From an uncultured delta proteobacterium (lineage in GTDB: Bacteria; Myxococcota; Myxococcia; Myxococcales; Anaeromyxobacteraceae), in NCBI GenBank assembly GCA_963828255.1, contig CAWHDZ010000025.1, positions 80,627-144,626 on the forward strand: DNA of 64,000 bases. Direction: 5' to 3'. The notes under the pieces are model-generated. The model did not search any database. It had not been told where the DNA came from and saw nothing but the letters and a program-made list of their open reading frames with translations. Each line of letters begins with the position of its first letter. Position 1 is the stretch's first letter. Below, piece by piece: positions 1-9,574 of this stretch. A program made the translations under genes and the position numbers.

Positions 1-469
1 CGCCGACTTCGAGTGCCCCTTCTGCCAGCAGCTGCGCCCCAAGCTCGAGGACTTCGTGAAGCGCTACCCGGGCCGGGTGAAGCTGGTCTTCCGCCCCTTC
101 CCCATCCCCGGCCACCCCCACGCCGACACGGCCGCCGAGGCCTCCGAGTGGGCCCGCGACCAGGACATCTTCTGGCCCTTCCACGACGCCATGTTCAACG
201 ACCCCAAGGCCCTCGACACCGAGTCGCTGGTGTCGCTGGCCGGCCGGCTCGGCAAGGACGGCGAGTCGCTGCGCAAGGCGCTCGCCGACCGGAAGTACCG
301 GGAGCGCGTGCAGTCCGGGCTCATCGAGGGGCGGCGGGCCGGGGTCGTGGGCACCCCGACGCTCTTCATCAACGGCCGCCGTCACGTCATCCCCGACTAC
401 TCCGACACGGTGCTCGAGTTCATCCTCGAGGACGAGGAGCAGTGGATGAAGAACGGCTGGAAGGACTAG
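1..469 (+). CDS. DsbA/thioredoxin-like protein, 5' truncated by window edge
   Basis: Frame from base 2 reads ADFECPFCQQLRP...; CPFC active site and GVVGTPTLFING cis-Pro motif. Confidence 0.85.
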   Translation, partial: ADFECPFCQQLRPKLEDFVKRYPGRVKLVFRPFPIPGHPHADTAAEASEWARDQDIFWPFHDAMFNDPKALDTESLVSLAGRLGKDGESLRKALADRKYRERVQSGLIEGRRAGVVGTPTLFINGRRHVIPDYSDTVLEFILEDEEQWMKNGWKD

Positions 470-482
470 CGGGCCGAAGCCG

Positions 483-1706
483 ATGCGCCGCTTCCTGCTC
501 ATCGACGCCCACGGCCGGGTGGCCACCCGGGCCGACGACGTCCGGCGCGAGCTGGCCGACCGGGCGGGCACGTTCGAGCTGCTCCCCTCGGCCCCCGACC
601 TGCTCCTCGCCGTCCGCGTCCCGGCCTTCGGGGGCCCCACCCCGGCGCCGGGCGCCACGCTGGCGGGCGACCTGGCCGCCTTCCCGCTCGCCGACTTCCT
701 GGGCTTCGTCCACCAGGCCCGCATGACCGGGACCCTCACCGTGCTCGCCGGTGGAGGCACCCGCGCCGTCTCCTTCCGCGAGGGGCGGGTCAGCGGCTCG
801 GCCTCGGAGGTGCGCGGCGAGCGGTCCGCCGAGGTGGCCGCCCGGCTGGGATTCCCCGGCGAGGGGACGCTGCCGGTGAACGAGCGCTGGCGGATCGCCC
901 GCGAGCAGGTGACCGCCATCTTCCACGCCGTGCTCACGGCGCGCGAGGGGGTCTTCTACCTGGTCCAGGGGGAGGACGAGCCGGCCGGCCCGGCCCTCTC
1001 CCTCGACACCCAGGCCGTCCTCATGGACGCGGTCCGGCGCATCGACGAGATGGAGCTCTTCCGCGGGCGCATCCCGGGCGGCGAGGTCTTCCTGCGGCGC
1101 CGCGAGCCGCGCGAGCCGGTGGCGCTGGAGCCGGAGGAGGTGCGGCTGCTCGCGCTGGTGGACGGCCGCCGCCGGGTCCTCGACGTGGCACGGGAGGCCC
1201 ACCTCTCCGAGTTCGACGCCACCAAGATCCTCTACCGGCTGGCCGAGGCCGGCTACGTCGAGACCACCACCGAGAGCCCGGGAAGGGCCGCGGCGGCCGA
1301 CCGGTCGCGCGCGGTGCTGGCCGGCATGAACGAGGTGTTCCGGGAGGTGGTCCGCGCGGTCGGATCCCACGGCTCCACCGGGCCGATGCTCGGGGACGCC
1401 GCCCACTTCCTCGCCGACCCCTCCTCCCGGTTCTACCCGCTCTGGCGCGGCATCGTCCCCGAGCCCGACGGCTCCCTCGACGAGGACCGGATGCTCGTGG
1501 CGCTGGCCGCCCTGGCCGACGCCGAGGCCGGCAAGCTCGACCCGCGCGGCGACCGCCCCCGCATCCTGCTGGCCGCCCTGCGGGAGCTCATGTTCTTCTT
1601 CCTCTTCCAGGCCGGGGAGCGGCTCCCCCGCGACGCCGACGAGGCCATTTCACAGTCCGTGAAGCGACGGCTGGAGGAGGTGGAGTCGGGAGTGGCCACG
1701 CCGTGA
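483..1706 (+). CDS. DUF4388-domain protein (myxobacterial)
   Basis: LAGDLAAFPLADFLGFVHQARMTGTLTV and EGVFYL...LSLDTQAVLMDAVRRIDE resemble DUF4388; winged-helix-like segment follows. Confidence 0.7.
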   Translation: MRRFLLIDAHGRVATRADDVRRELADRAGTFELLPSAPDLLLAVRVPAFGGPTPAPGATLAGDLAAFPLADFLGFVHQARMTGTLTVLAGGGTRAVSFREGRVSGSASEVRGERSAEVAARLGFPGEGTLPVNERWRIAREQVTAIFHAVLTAREGVFYLVQGEDEPAGPALSLDTQAVLMDAVRRIDEMELFRGRIPGGEVFLRRREPREPVALEPEEVRLLALVDGRRRVLDVAREAHLSEFDATKILYRLAEAGYVETTTESPGRAAAADRSRAVLAGMNEVFREVVRAVGSHGSTGPMLGDAAHFLADPSSRFYPLWRGIVPEPDGSLDEDRMLVALAALADAEAGKLDPRGDRPRILLAALRELMFFFLFQAGERLPRDADEAISQSVKRRLEEVESGVATP

Positions 1707-2758
1707 CCGGCGCGACCCGGCTCCCCCTCGTCACCGCCGACCTCCCCGGCTCGGGAGGAACCCTGAAGCTGAGCCCGGAGGACTTCCGGGTGGAGGAGAT
1801 CCCTGCCTACGCCCCCTGCGGCGAGGGGCCCCACCTGTGGCTCAAGATACAGAAGCGGGGGCGGACCACCCGCGACGTGGTGCGGGAGGCGGCGCGGCTG
1901 CTCGGGGTGCAGGAGCGCGACGTCGGGGTGGCCGGCCTGAAGGACCGGCACGCGGTGACCGTCCAGTGGCTCTCCTTCCCGGTGGCGAAGGGGCCCGACC
2001 CGGCCTCGCTGGGGGGCGACGGATGGCGCGTGATCTCCGCCTCCCGCCACGGGAACAAGCTGCGCACCGGCCACTCGCGCGGCAACCGGTTCGCCATCGT
2101 GGTGCGCGGGGGCGACCTCGGCGCCGCCCGGGCCGCCGCCGACGCCGTCGCGGTCCGCGGCCTCCCCAACTTCTTCGGCTCCCAGCGCTTCGGCGCCGAC
2201 GGCAAGAACGCCGACCTGGGGCGCGCCATCCTGCGCGGCGACGGCGACCCCGAGGCCCGCCGCGCCTCGCGCGACCGGTTCCTGCGCCGGATGGCGCTCT
2301 CGGCCTGGCAGTCCCTCCTCTTCAACCGCTGGCTCGCCGAGCGGATGCGGGACGGCCTCTTCGCCCGCGCCATCCCCGGCGACGCCATGAAGAAGCTCGA
2401 TTCCGGGGGCGTCTTCGCCTGCGAGGACGCGGCCGCGGACCAGCCCCGGGTGGAGCGGTTCGAGATCTCGCCGGCCGGTCCCATGTTCGGCCACGCGCTG
2501 CGGCCCGCCACCGGCGAGGCGGGGGAGCGGGAGGCGCGGATCCTCGCGGCCGACGGCGTCGCGGTGGCCGACCTGGCGCGCGGAGGGGGCGAGACCGAGG
2601 GGACGCGCCGGGCCGGTCGCATCCCGGTTTCGGTGGAGCTCGCGGAGGTCGAGGGGGGCTACCGGGCCAGCTTCGACCTGCCGCGCGGCTCCTACGCCAC
2701 GGTGGTGATGGGAGAGCTCACCCGGTCGGAGGCGGACCTGGAGGAGGCCGGGGAGTGA
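1703..2758 (+). CDS. truD: tRNA pseudouridine(13) synthase
   Basis: [42 protein letters not shown] motifs. Confidence 0.95.
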   Translation: MTGATRLPLVTADLPGSGGTLKLSPEDFRVEEIPAYAPCGEGPHLWLKIQKRGRTTRDVVREAARLLGVQERDVGVAGLKDRHAVTVQWLSFPVAKGPDPASLGGDGWRVISASRHGNKLRTGHSRGNRFAIVVRGGDLGAARAAADAVAVRGLPNFFGSQRFGADGKNADLGRAILRGDGDPEARRASRDRFLRRMALSAWQSLLFNRWLAERMRDGLFARAIPGDAMKKLDSGGVFACEDAAADQPRVERFEISPAGPMFGHALRPATGEAGEREARILAADGVAVADLARGGGETEGTRRAGRIPVSVELAEVEGGYRASFDLPRGSYATVVMGELTRSEADLEEAGE

Positions 2759-2761
2759 AAG

Positions 2762-3696
2762 CTAGAAGGCGATCGCCAGCACGCCGCCGGTGAGGGCCGC
2801 GGCGCCGGCCACCCCGTAGAGGACATTGGCCGCGGTGGCGGAGCTCTGGGCCTTGCTGGCCAGCGCGTCGGCCTGTGACCGGTCGTTCCCTCCGGCGAGC
2901 AGGTCGTTCTGGGCGCTGCGGGCCTGGAGCCCCATCACGACCCCCGCCCCGGCCGCGACCACCGCCACCCCGCCGGCGATGATGGGACCGAGCCAGCTCT
3001 TGCGCTCGACCGGCCTTGGCGCCGGGTCGGGGACGGTGGCCCCGGGAGGGGGCGCCGCCGGATTCACCGTCAGTACGGGCGCGGCGGCGGGGCCCTGGCC
3101 CGGCTCGAGGACCAGGTTCACCTCGAGTGACTGGAGGGGGAGCAGGACCACCTGGCGCATCGCGCTCCTCCTCCCCGGCGCCGAGGCGCCGAGCTGGTAC
3201 GGGCCGGGCGGGTAGGCGGCGTCGAGGGGCGCCTTGCCCACGGAGGCGCCGTCCACCGTGAGGTCGGCGCCGGGAGGATCGGTGGTGACGTGGAGCATCT
3301 GGCGCCCCGTGGCGGCGAGCTTGGCCTCGAGCGCCTTCACGTTCCGTTGCACCGCCTCCCGGTTCGAAGCGGACGGGTCGAGCCGGAGGTAGCGGGCGAA
3401 GGAGGCGAGCGCGGCGGCCTGGTCGCCGAGCTTCTCCTGGCACTGCCCGATGTTGAACTGGAGGGCCGGGCTGGGCTTCAGCCGGTCGGCCGCCTCGAAC
3501 TGGAGAATGGCCTCCCGGTACTTCCCCGCCCTGTAGAGGTCTGCGCCCTTCCGGTATGCGGCCCGGGCCTCGGCGGCGGGGTCGGCGGACGGGCCGGTGG
3601 AAGGGGCGGTGGGCGACGGGGGGACGGATCGGCGCCGGCGCCGGCGCCGGGGAGCGCCAGGAGTGCCGCGAGGAGGAGGAGGCGGAGGCCCGTCAA
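2762..3696 (-). CDS. Secreted TPR + PEGA domain protein with C-terminal TM segments; apparent 1-nt frameshift at G run 3618-3623
   Basis: TTG start with GGAAGGA RBS and signal peptide (LRLLLLAALLALPGAGA) in one frame; TPR (AYRKGADLYRAGKYREAILQFEAA) and PEGA (VTTDPPGADLTVDG) in the next frame; span is 3n+2. Confidence 0.7.
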
Positions 3697-3718
3697 TGTC
3701 CTTCCCGGAGGGGGACGG

Positions 3719-5272
3719 TCACCGCGCGGTCGGTCCGTACGGGTCGAGGAGGTCGTTCCCGGACGGCACATTCTCCCCGGTCCCGGCCTTCGAGCCAACC
3801 CCGGCGGGGGTGCGGGCCGGCTTCGGGCGCGACGGCCGGGGCGGGGGCGGCTCCGCCGCCGAGGCGGAGGGCGGGGGGTCGTGCGGCGCCGGGGAGGGCT
3901 CCGGAACGGCCTCCGGCGGGGTCTGGGCGGTGGGGGTCTGGGCGGCCGGCTCGACCCGGGGAGGCGCGGCGGGGCCATCGCCGCCCCCGCGCACGGCCAG
4001 GGCCGCAACCACCCCGGAGAGGAGCGCCAGGAAGAGGAGCCCGAGGACCGCGGCGAGCGCGAACTGCGACCGCCGGCGGGAGACGACCTCGACCTCGGAG
4101 CGGGTGTCCCGCCTCACCCGGGTGGACTGGCGGGAGGGGACCGGCTCCGGGAGCGGGGGCGCGAAGTCACGCAGCGGGAGGGTGTCGCCGAGGGGCAGCG
4201 TCTCACCGCGGGAGCTGGAGCGGGGCGCCCTGCGGTCCACGACCTTGTCCGGGGCCCGTTCATCGGTCCGGTCGGTGGCCCGTCCGGTGAGGAGCGGGGA
4301 GACCGACGTGCCGAAGATGGGGGAGCGCAGCATCTCGATGTCGGCGGCGGCCAGCCGGGAGAGCTCGGCCGACAGCTCCTCCATCGACTGCTGCCTCCCC
4401 TCCGGACGCTTCACGAGGGCCCGCAGGACGATCTGCTCGACCTCCGGGGGCAGCTCGGGGCGCAGCCTTCGAGGCGGCACAGGGGCGTCGCTCTGGTGCT
4501 TCATGAGCGTCGCGAGCGGCGTGTCCCCGTCGAAGGGGAGCCGTCCGGTGAGGGTCTCGTAGGCCAGCACCCCGAAGGCGTAGACGTCGGAGCGCTGGTC
4601 GATGACGTTGGAGGAGGCCTGCTCGGGCGACATGTACTCGGGCGTGCCGATGATCGATCCGGCCTTGGTGAGCCGCTTGGAATCGGGCGTGCCCGGCCCC
4701 TTGGCGATCCCGAAGTCGAGCACCTTCACGAAGTCGGCGCCGTCGTTCCGGCGCAGGATGAAGACGTTCTCCGGCTTCAGGTCGCGGTGGACGATGCCCC
4801 GCTCGTGGGCGGCGCCGAGCGCCCGGCAGATCTGCAGGAAGATGGGGACCGCCCGCGCCACCGGCATCGGCCCGTCCCGGTGGAGGATGCGGGCCAGGCT
4901 CTCCCCGTCGAGGGCCTCCATGACGAAGTAGGCCTCCCCTTCCGGGGTATGCCCGAAGTCGAAGACCTCGACGATGTTCTCCTGGCCGATCTGGCTCGCC
5001 GCCCTGGCCTCGTGCTGGAAGCGGTCGAGCAGTTCGGCGTCCCGGGAGTACTCCGGCCGCAGCACCTTCACCGCCATCCGCTTGCCCAGCGTCACGTGCT
5101 CGGCGAGGTAGATGCTTCCCATCCCGCCCTGTCCCAGGCGGGACAGGATCCGGTAGCGGTCGCCAAGGATCCGGCCCACCAGGTCGTGGGTTGGCGCGAG
5201 GAGGGTGCCGTCCACCGGGCAGACGGTGACGCCTTCCTCGCTCTTGGTCCGGCATGTGGGGCAAACAGGCAT
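3719..5272 (-). CDS. Membrane Ser/Thr protein kinase (Hanks type) with N-terminal zinc ribbon
   Basis: LGQGGMG, AVKVL, HRDLKPEN, DFG, GTPEYMSPEQ; CPTC...CPVD N-terminus; TM helix and Pro-rich tail. Confidence 0.93.
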   Translation of the reverse strand: MPVCPTCRTKSEEGVTVCPVDGTLLAPTHDLVGRILGDRYRILSRLGQGGMGSIYLAEHVTLGKRMAVKVLRPEYSRDAELLDRFQHEARAASQIGQENIVEVFDFGHTPEGEAYFVMEALDGESLARILHRDGPMPVARAVPIFLQICRALGAAHERGIVHRDLKPENVFILRRNDGADFVKVLDFGIAKGPGTPDSKRLTKAGSIIGTPEYMSPEQASSNVIDQRSDVYAFGVLAYETLTGRLPFDGDTPLATLMKHQSDAPVPPRRLRPELPPEVEQIVLRALVKRPEGRQQSMEELSAELSRLAAADIEMLRSPIFGTSVSPLLTGRATDRTDERAPDKVVDRRAPRSSSRGETLPLGDTLPLRDFAPPLPEPVPSRQSTRVRRDTRSEVEVVSRRRSQFALAAVLGLLFLALLSGVVAALAVRGGGDGPAAPPRVEPAAQTPTAQTPPEAVPEPSPAPHDPPPSASAAEPPPPRPSRPKPARTPAGVGSKAGTGENVPSGNDLLDPYGPTAR

Positions 5273-5341
5273 ACGCGGCGGGCGCCGAGATCGGATAAGG
5301 TATCACAACCTGCCGGAAGTCCGGGCGAAAGTGGGGAACGG

Positions 5342-6937
5342 GTGTCGGAGCTCTTCGTGGTCAACGGAATATGCGGGGGGACGGTCTTCTTCCTCCCCGA
5401 CGTTCCCACCGTTCTCGGACGCTCCGCCGAGTGCCAGGTCCAGATCGCCGACCCCTGGATCTCCAGCATGCACGCCATGTTCGAGAAGCGCGGGAACGAG
5501 CTCTGGCTCGTGGACCTCGAGAGCCGCAACGGGACCTGGGTGAACGAGCACAAGGTCCGGGAGGCCCCGCTCTCCCCGGGCTACCGGCTCCGCTTCGGCA
5601 AGACCGAGGTCGAGCTGCGCGAGGGGCTCACCCCCCGTCCGCTCCAGCCGCTCCTCGCCGAGACCGGCACCATCGTCCGCTACCTGGCCGACATGCAGGC
5701 CGAGTCGCGGGAAGCCCAGCAGCCCGACCTGCCGTCGAAGCGCGACACCGACCCGAGCTCGCGGCGCATCACCGGCCGGGGCCAGGGGTCGAGACGGCAG
5801 ATCGCCATCGTGAACGACATCGGACGGGCGCTCATCGACGCCCCCGACCTCGACGCCACGCTGTCCCGGATCCTCCACACCGTGGCCAGCGCGGTCCGCG
5901 CCGAGCGCTCCACGCTGCTCCTCATGGACGAGTCGGGGCACATGCAGCCCCGCGCCACCGAGCCGCCCGGCTCCCCGCCCCGCATCTCGGAGACGGTGGT
6001 CACCGCGGCCGCCAAGGGGCGCGCCGGCCTGCTCACCATCGACGCCCAGCAGGACCTGCGCTTCACCGGCAGCAAATCGGTGATCGTGCAGGGGATCCGC
6101 TCCTGCCTCTGCGTCCCGGTCTGGGCCGACAACCGGATCCTCGGGATGCTGGTCATGGACCGCAGCTTCGTGGATCCCTTCACCGCCGACGACCTCGAGC
6201 TCACCACCCTGGTGGGCTACCAGGCGGCGCTGGCCATCGAGCGGTCCCGCTTCCTGGCCGGGGTGGCGGAGGAGGAGGAGCAGCGGCGCAGCCTGGCCCG
6301 CCACTTCTCCCGCGACGTGGGGACGCTGGTGGTGGCCAAGGAGCAGGGCGGCGACGATCCGCTCGAGCCCCAGGTGCGCGACGACGTCACCGTGCTCTTC
6401 GCCGACGTGCAGGGGATCTCCGGGCTGCTCGGACGGCTCCCGCCCCGGGACCTCGCGTCGCTCCTCGGCGACTTCTACCAGGCCATGTCGGAGGCGATCT
6501 TCGAGCAGCAGGGAACCCTCGACAAGTTCGTCGGCGACGCGGTGCTGGCGGTGTTCGGCGCTCCCATCGCCATGGCCGACGGGGCCACGCGGGCGCTGCG
6601 CTGCGCCTTCCGGATGCTGGAGCTCATCGAGGAGTCGAACCGGGGGCTTCCGGCCGACCGGCGCTTCACCATCCGCGTGGGCGTGAACACCGGGACCGTC
6701 GTCGCCGGCAACTTCGGGACGCCGGAGCGCACCGAGTACACCGTGCTCGGCGACACGGTGAGCGTGGCGGCGCGGCTCGAGGCCATGGCCGCCCCCGGGA
6801 CGGTCTACGTGGGCCGGGAGACGGCGCGGCAGGCGGCCGCCACCTTCTCCTTCCAGGACCTCGGCCGGCGCGTGCCCCGGGGCGTCGCCCCTCCCGTGGA
6901 CGTGCTCCAGGCGGTGGGACCCATCGAATGCAACTGA
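5342..6937 (+). CDS. FHA-GAF-class III adenylate/guanylate cyclase
   Basis: GRS..ISSMHA..SRNGTWVN (FHA); GIRSCLCVP (GAF); TVLFADVQG, DKFVGDAV, GDTVSVAARLE (cyclase). GTG start inferred inside ORF 3290..6937. Confidence 0.9.
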   Translation: MSELFVVNGICGGTVFFLPDVPTVLGRSAECQVQIADPWISSMHAMFEKRGNELWLVDLESRNGTWVNEHKVREAPLSPGYRLRFGKTEVELREGLTPRPLQPLLAETGTIVRYLADMQAESREAQQPDLPSKRDTDPSSRRITGRGQGSRRQIAIVNDIGRALIDAPDLDATLSRILHTVASAVRAERSTLLLMDESGHMQPRATEPPGSPPRISETVVTAAAKGRAGLLTIDAQQDLRFTGSKSVIVQGIRSCLCVPVWADNRILGMLVMDRSFVDPFTADDLELTTLVGYQAALAIERSRFLAGVAEEEEQRRSLARHFSRDVGTLVVAKEQGGDDPLEPQVRDDVTVLFADVQGISGLLGRLPPRDLASLLGDFYQAMSEAIFEQQGTLDKFVGDAVLAVFGAPIAMADGATRALRCAFRMLELIEESNRGLPADRRFTIRVGVNTGTVVAGNFGTPERTEYTVLGDTVSVAARLEAMAAPGTVYVGRETARQAAATFSFQDLGRRVPRGVAPPVDVLQAVGPIECN

Positions 6938-7587
6938 CGGTTCGCGACGCGGCTCGGCTCCTCGGGGTCGGCGAGCAGGTGCTGGAACGCTGGGTGAGGC
7001 GAGGGGAGCTCCCGGCGCAGCTGGTGGACGACCGCTACCGGTTCAACCGCATCGAGCTGCTGGAGTGGGCCGCGCAGCGCAAGATGCAGGTCTCCTCCGA
7101 GATCCTGGAGGAGCCGGGGCTCGCGCAGCGGGCGTCGATGCCGATCGTGCACGCGGTGCGGGCCGGAGGGATCCACCGTGGGCTCCCCGGAGGCGGGAAG
7201 GAGAACCTGCTCCGGGCCATGACGGACAGGATCCCCGCCCCTCCCGGCTTCGACCGGGAGTTCCTCTACCAGATGGTGCTGGCCCGGGAGCACCTGGGCT
7301 CCACCTCGCTCGGCAACGGCATCGCCATCCCGCACCCGCGCGAGCCCATCGTGCTGCGCCTGGACCAGCCGGCGGTGGCCGTCTTCTTCCCCGACGCACC
7401 GGTGGACTTCGGCGACGTGACGCCGGTCCACACCATCTGCCTGGTCGTCAGCCCCTCCACCCGCGCGCACCTCCACGCGCTGGCCTCGCTGGCGACGGCG
7501 CTGCGCGACCCGGAGGTCGCGGCGAAGCTCGCCGCGCGTGCGCCCGACGCGGAGATCCTGGGAGCCATCGAGCGGGTGGGGCAGTGA
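6928..7587 (+). CDS. Excisionase-like HTH fused to PTS EIIA (Ntr/fructose-type) domain
   Basis: MQLTVRDAARLLGV...WVRRGELPA HTH; REHLGSTSLGNGIAIPH phospho-His motif. Confidence 0.88.
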   Translation: MQLTVRDAARLLGVGEQVLERWVRRGELPAQLVDDRYRFNRIELLEWAAQRKMQVSSEILEEPGLAQRASMPIVHAVRAGGIHRGLPGGGKENLLRAMTDRIPAPPGFDREFLYQMVLAREHLGSTSLGNGIAIPHPREPIVLRLDQPAVAVFFPDAPVDFGDVTPVHTICLVVSPSTRAHLHALASLATALRDPEVAAKLAARAPDAEILGAIERVGQ

Positions 7588-9574
7588 GCCCGTACCTGGC
7601 GGCGCTCGCCATCCTGGCCGCCGGAGCCCTGGCCGGCCCGGTCCTGTCCCGCCGCCCGGCGCTCGCGCTCCGGGTGGGCTCGGCCGCCTCCGTGGCGGGG
7701 AGCCTCGTCGGCCTGGCCTCGGTCCTGCCCTTCCTCCTCGGCGCCCCCCCGGCCGACCTGGTCCTCCCCTGGTCGGAGCCGCTCGGCTCCTTCCACCTCC
7801 GGCTCGACCCCCTCTCCGCCTTCTTCCAGGCCGCCCTGTTCGCGGTGGCCGTCCCCGCCTCGGCCTTCGGCGCCGGGTACATGAAGCCGTGCGTGGGGCG
7901 GCGGCCCATGGGCGGGTTCGTCCTCGCCTACGGCCTCCTGCTCGTCTCCATCTCGCTGGTCCTCTCCGCCGCCGACGGGGTGCTCTTCCTGGTGGCCTGG
8001 GAGGTGATGACCATCGCCTCCTTCGTGCTCGTCACCTTCGACGACGAGAGACTTCAAGTTCGCCGCGCCGGCTTCGTCTTCCTGGTGGCCTCCCACGTGG
8101 GCACGGCCTTCCTCTTCGCCCTGTTCCTCCTGCTGGGGCGGGAGGCCGGCGGCTTCGACTTCGTCCGCTTCGAGGCGCTGCGGGGGGCGGGCGCGGCGGC
8201 CCCCTGGCTCCTCTTCACCCTCGGTCTCGTGGGCTTCGGGACCAAGGCCGGCCTGGTGCCGCTGCACGTCTGGCTTCCCGAGGCCCACCCGGCAGCGCCG
8301 AGCCACGTCTCGGCCCTCCTCTCCGGGGTGATGATCAAGACCGGCGTGTACGGGCTCCTGCGCCTGCTCGGCTTCCTCCCCCCCTCGGCGTGGGGTACGG
8401 GCTCCTGCTCGGCGCCATCGGCCTGGGCAGCGCGCTGGTGGCCATCATCCTCACCCTCGGTCAAGGGGATCTCAAGAGGGCGCTGGCCTACTCCAGCGTC
8501 GAGAACGTGGGGCTCGTGGTCCTGGGGGTGGGGCTGGCCGTGGCCGCCGGGGCCGCCGGGCACCCGGTGGTGGCGGCGCTGGGGATGGGCGGCGCGCTCT
8601 TCCACGTCTGGAACCACGCCCTCATGAAGGGGCTCGCCTTCCTGGGGGCGGGCACGCTGGTCCACGCCGCCCACTCGCAGGATCTCGAGAGGATGGGCGG
8701 CCTGCTGGCGCGACTCCCGGTGACCGGGGCCCTCCTCCTGGTGGGGCTCGGCGCCCTGGCCGCCCTGCCGCCGCTCTCCGGGTTCGCCTCCAAGTGGCTG
8801 CTGTACCTGGGGCTCCTGCGCGCCGGGGCGGCCTCGGCCTCGGCAGCCTCGGCGCTGGTGGCGTACCTGACGGTGGCGTCCCTGGCGCTCGTGGGGGCCA
8901 TCGCGGCCATCTCCTTCACGCGCATCGCCGGCGTGGCGCTGCTGGGGGAGCCGCGCAGCCCGGAGGCCGCGGCCGCGCGGGAGGTGGGGCCATCCGGGTG
9001 GATGCCGCTCGCGCTGCTGGCGGCGGGGTGCCTGCTCTTCGGCCTCTTCCCGGCGCTGCCGCTGCGGATGGTGACGCCGGTGGCGGTGCAGCTGGGGATG
9101 GGAGAGGCGGCGCGGGTGCTCGGGCCGGCCGGGGAGATGGGGGCGGCGCCGAGGGTGGTGGTGGGCGTCCTGATCGCGGTCATGGGCGGGCTCATCGCAT
9201 TGCGACGGCGCCTGGGAGGCGGCGCCGTCGCTGTGACCTGGGGCTGCGGCTTCACGGCCCCCACCGCGCGGATGGAGTACACGGCCTCCTCCTACGCGCA
9301 GGCCTTCCTCACCGCGCTCGTCCCGCGGTCGCTTCGACCGCGCGTGCACCTGCAGCCCCCCCGCGGCGTCTTCCCCGGGACGGGCGCCTTCCGCACCGAC
9401 TCCCAGGATCCCGCCCGCACCCGCCTCTTCGACCCCCTCTTCCGCGTCCTGGGTGACCGGATGAGCCGGATGCGCCGTTTCCAGGCCGGGCGGCTCAACC
9501 TCCAGCTCCTCTACACGCTGGTCACGCTGGTGGCGCTGCTCGCCATGCTGGCCCTGTGGGGGCGTCTCCCGTGA
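7584..9574 (+). CDS. hyfB: HyfB/NuoL-like proton-translocating subunit (Ehr complex), copy 1; apparent 1-nt frameshift near 8378-8395
   Basis: FLVAWEVM and KAGLVPLHVWLPEAHPAAPSHVSALLSG in one frame; DLKRALAYSSVENVG and NHALMKGLAFL in the next. Confidence 0.8.

Noticed and set aside
3290..5341. N-terminal 684 aa of the 1215-aa ORF
   Set aside because: Antisense shadow of the kinase and PEGA genes; recognisable domains start only at 5342
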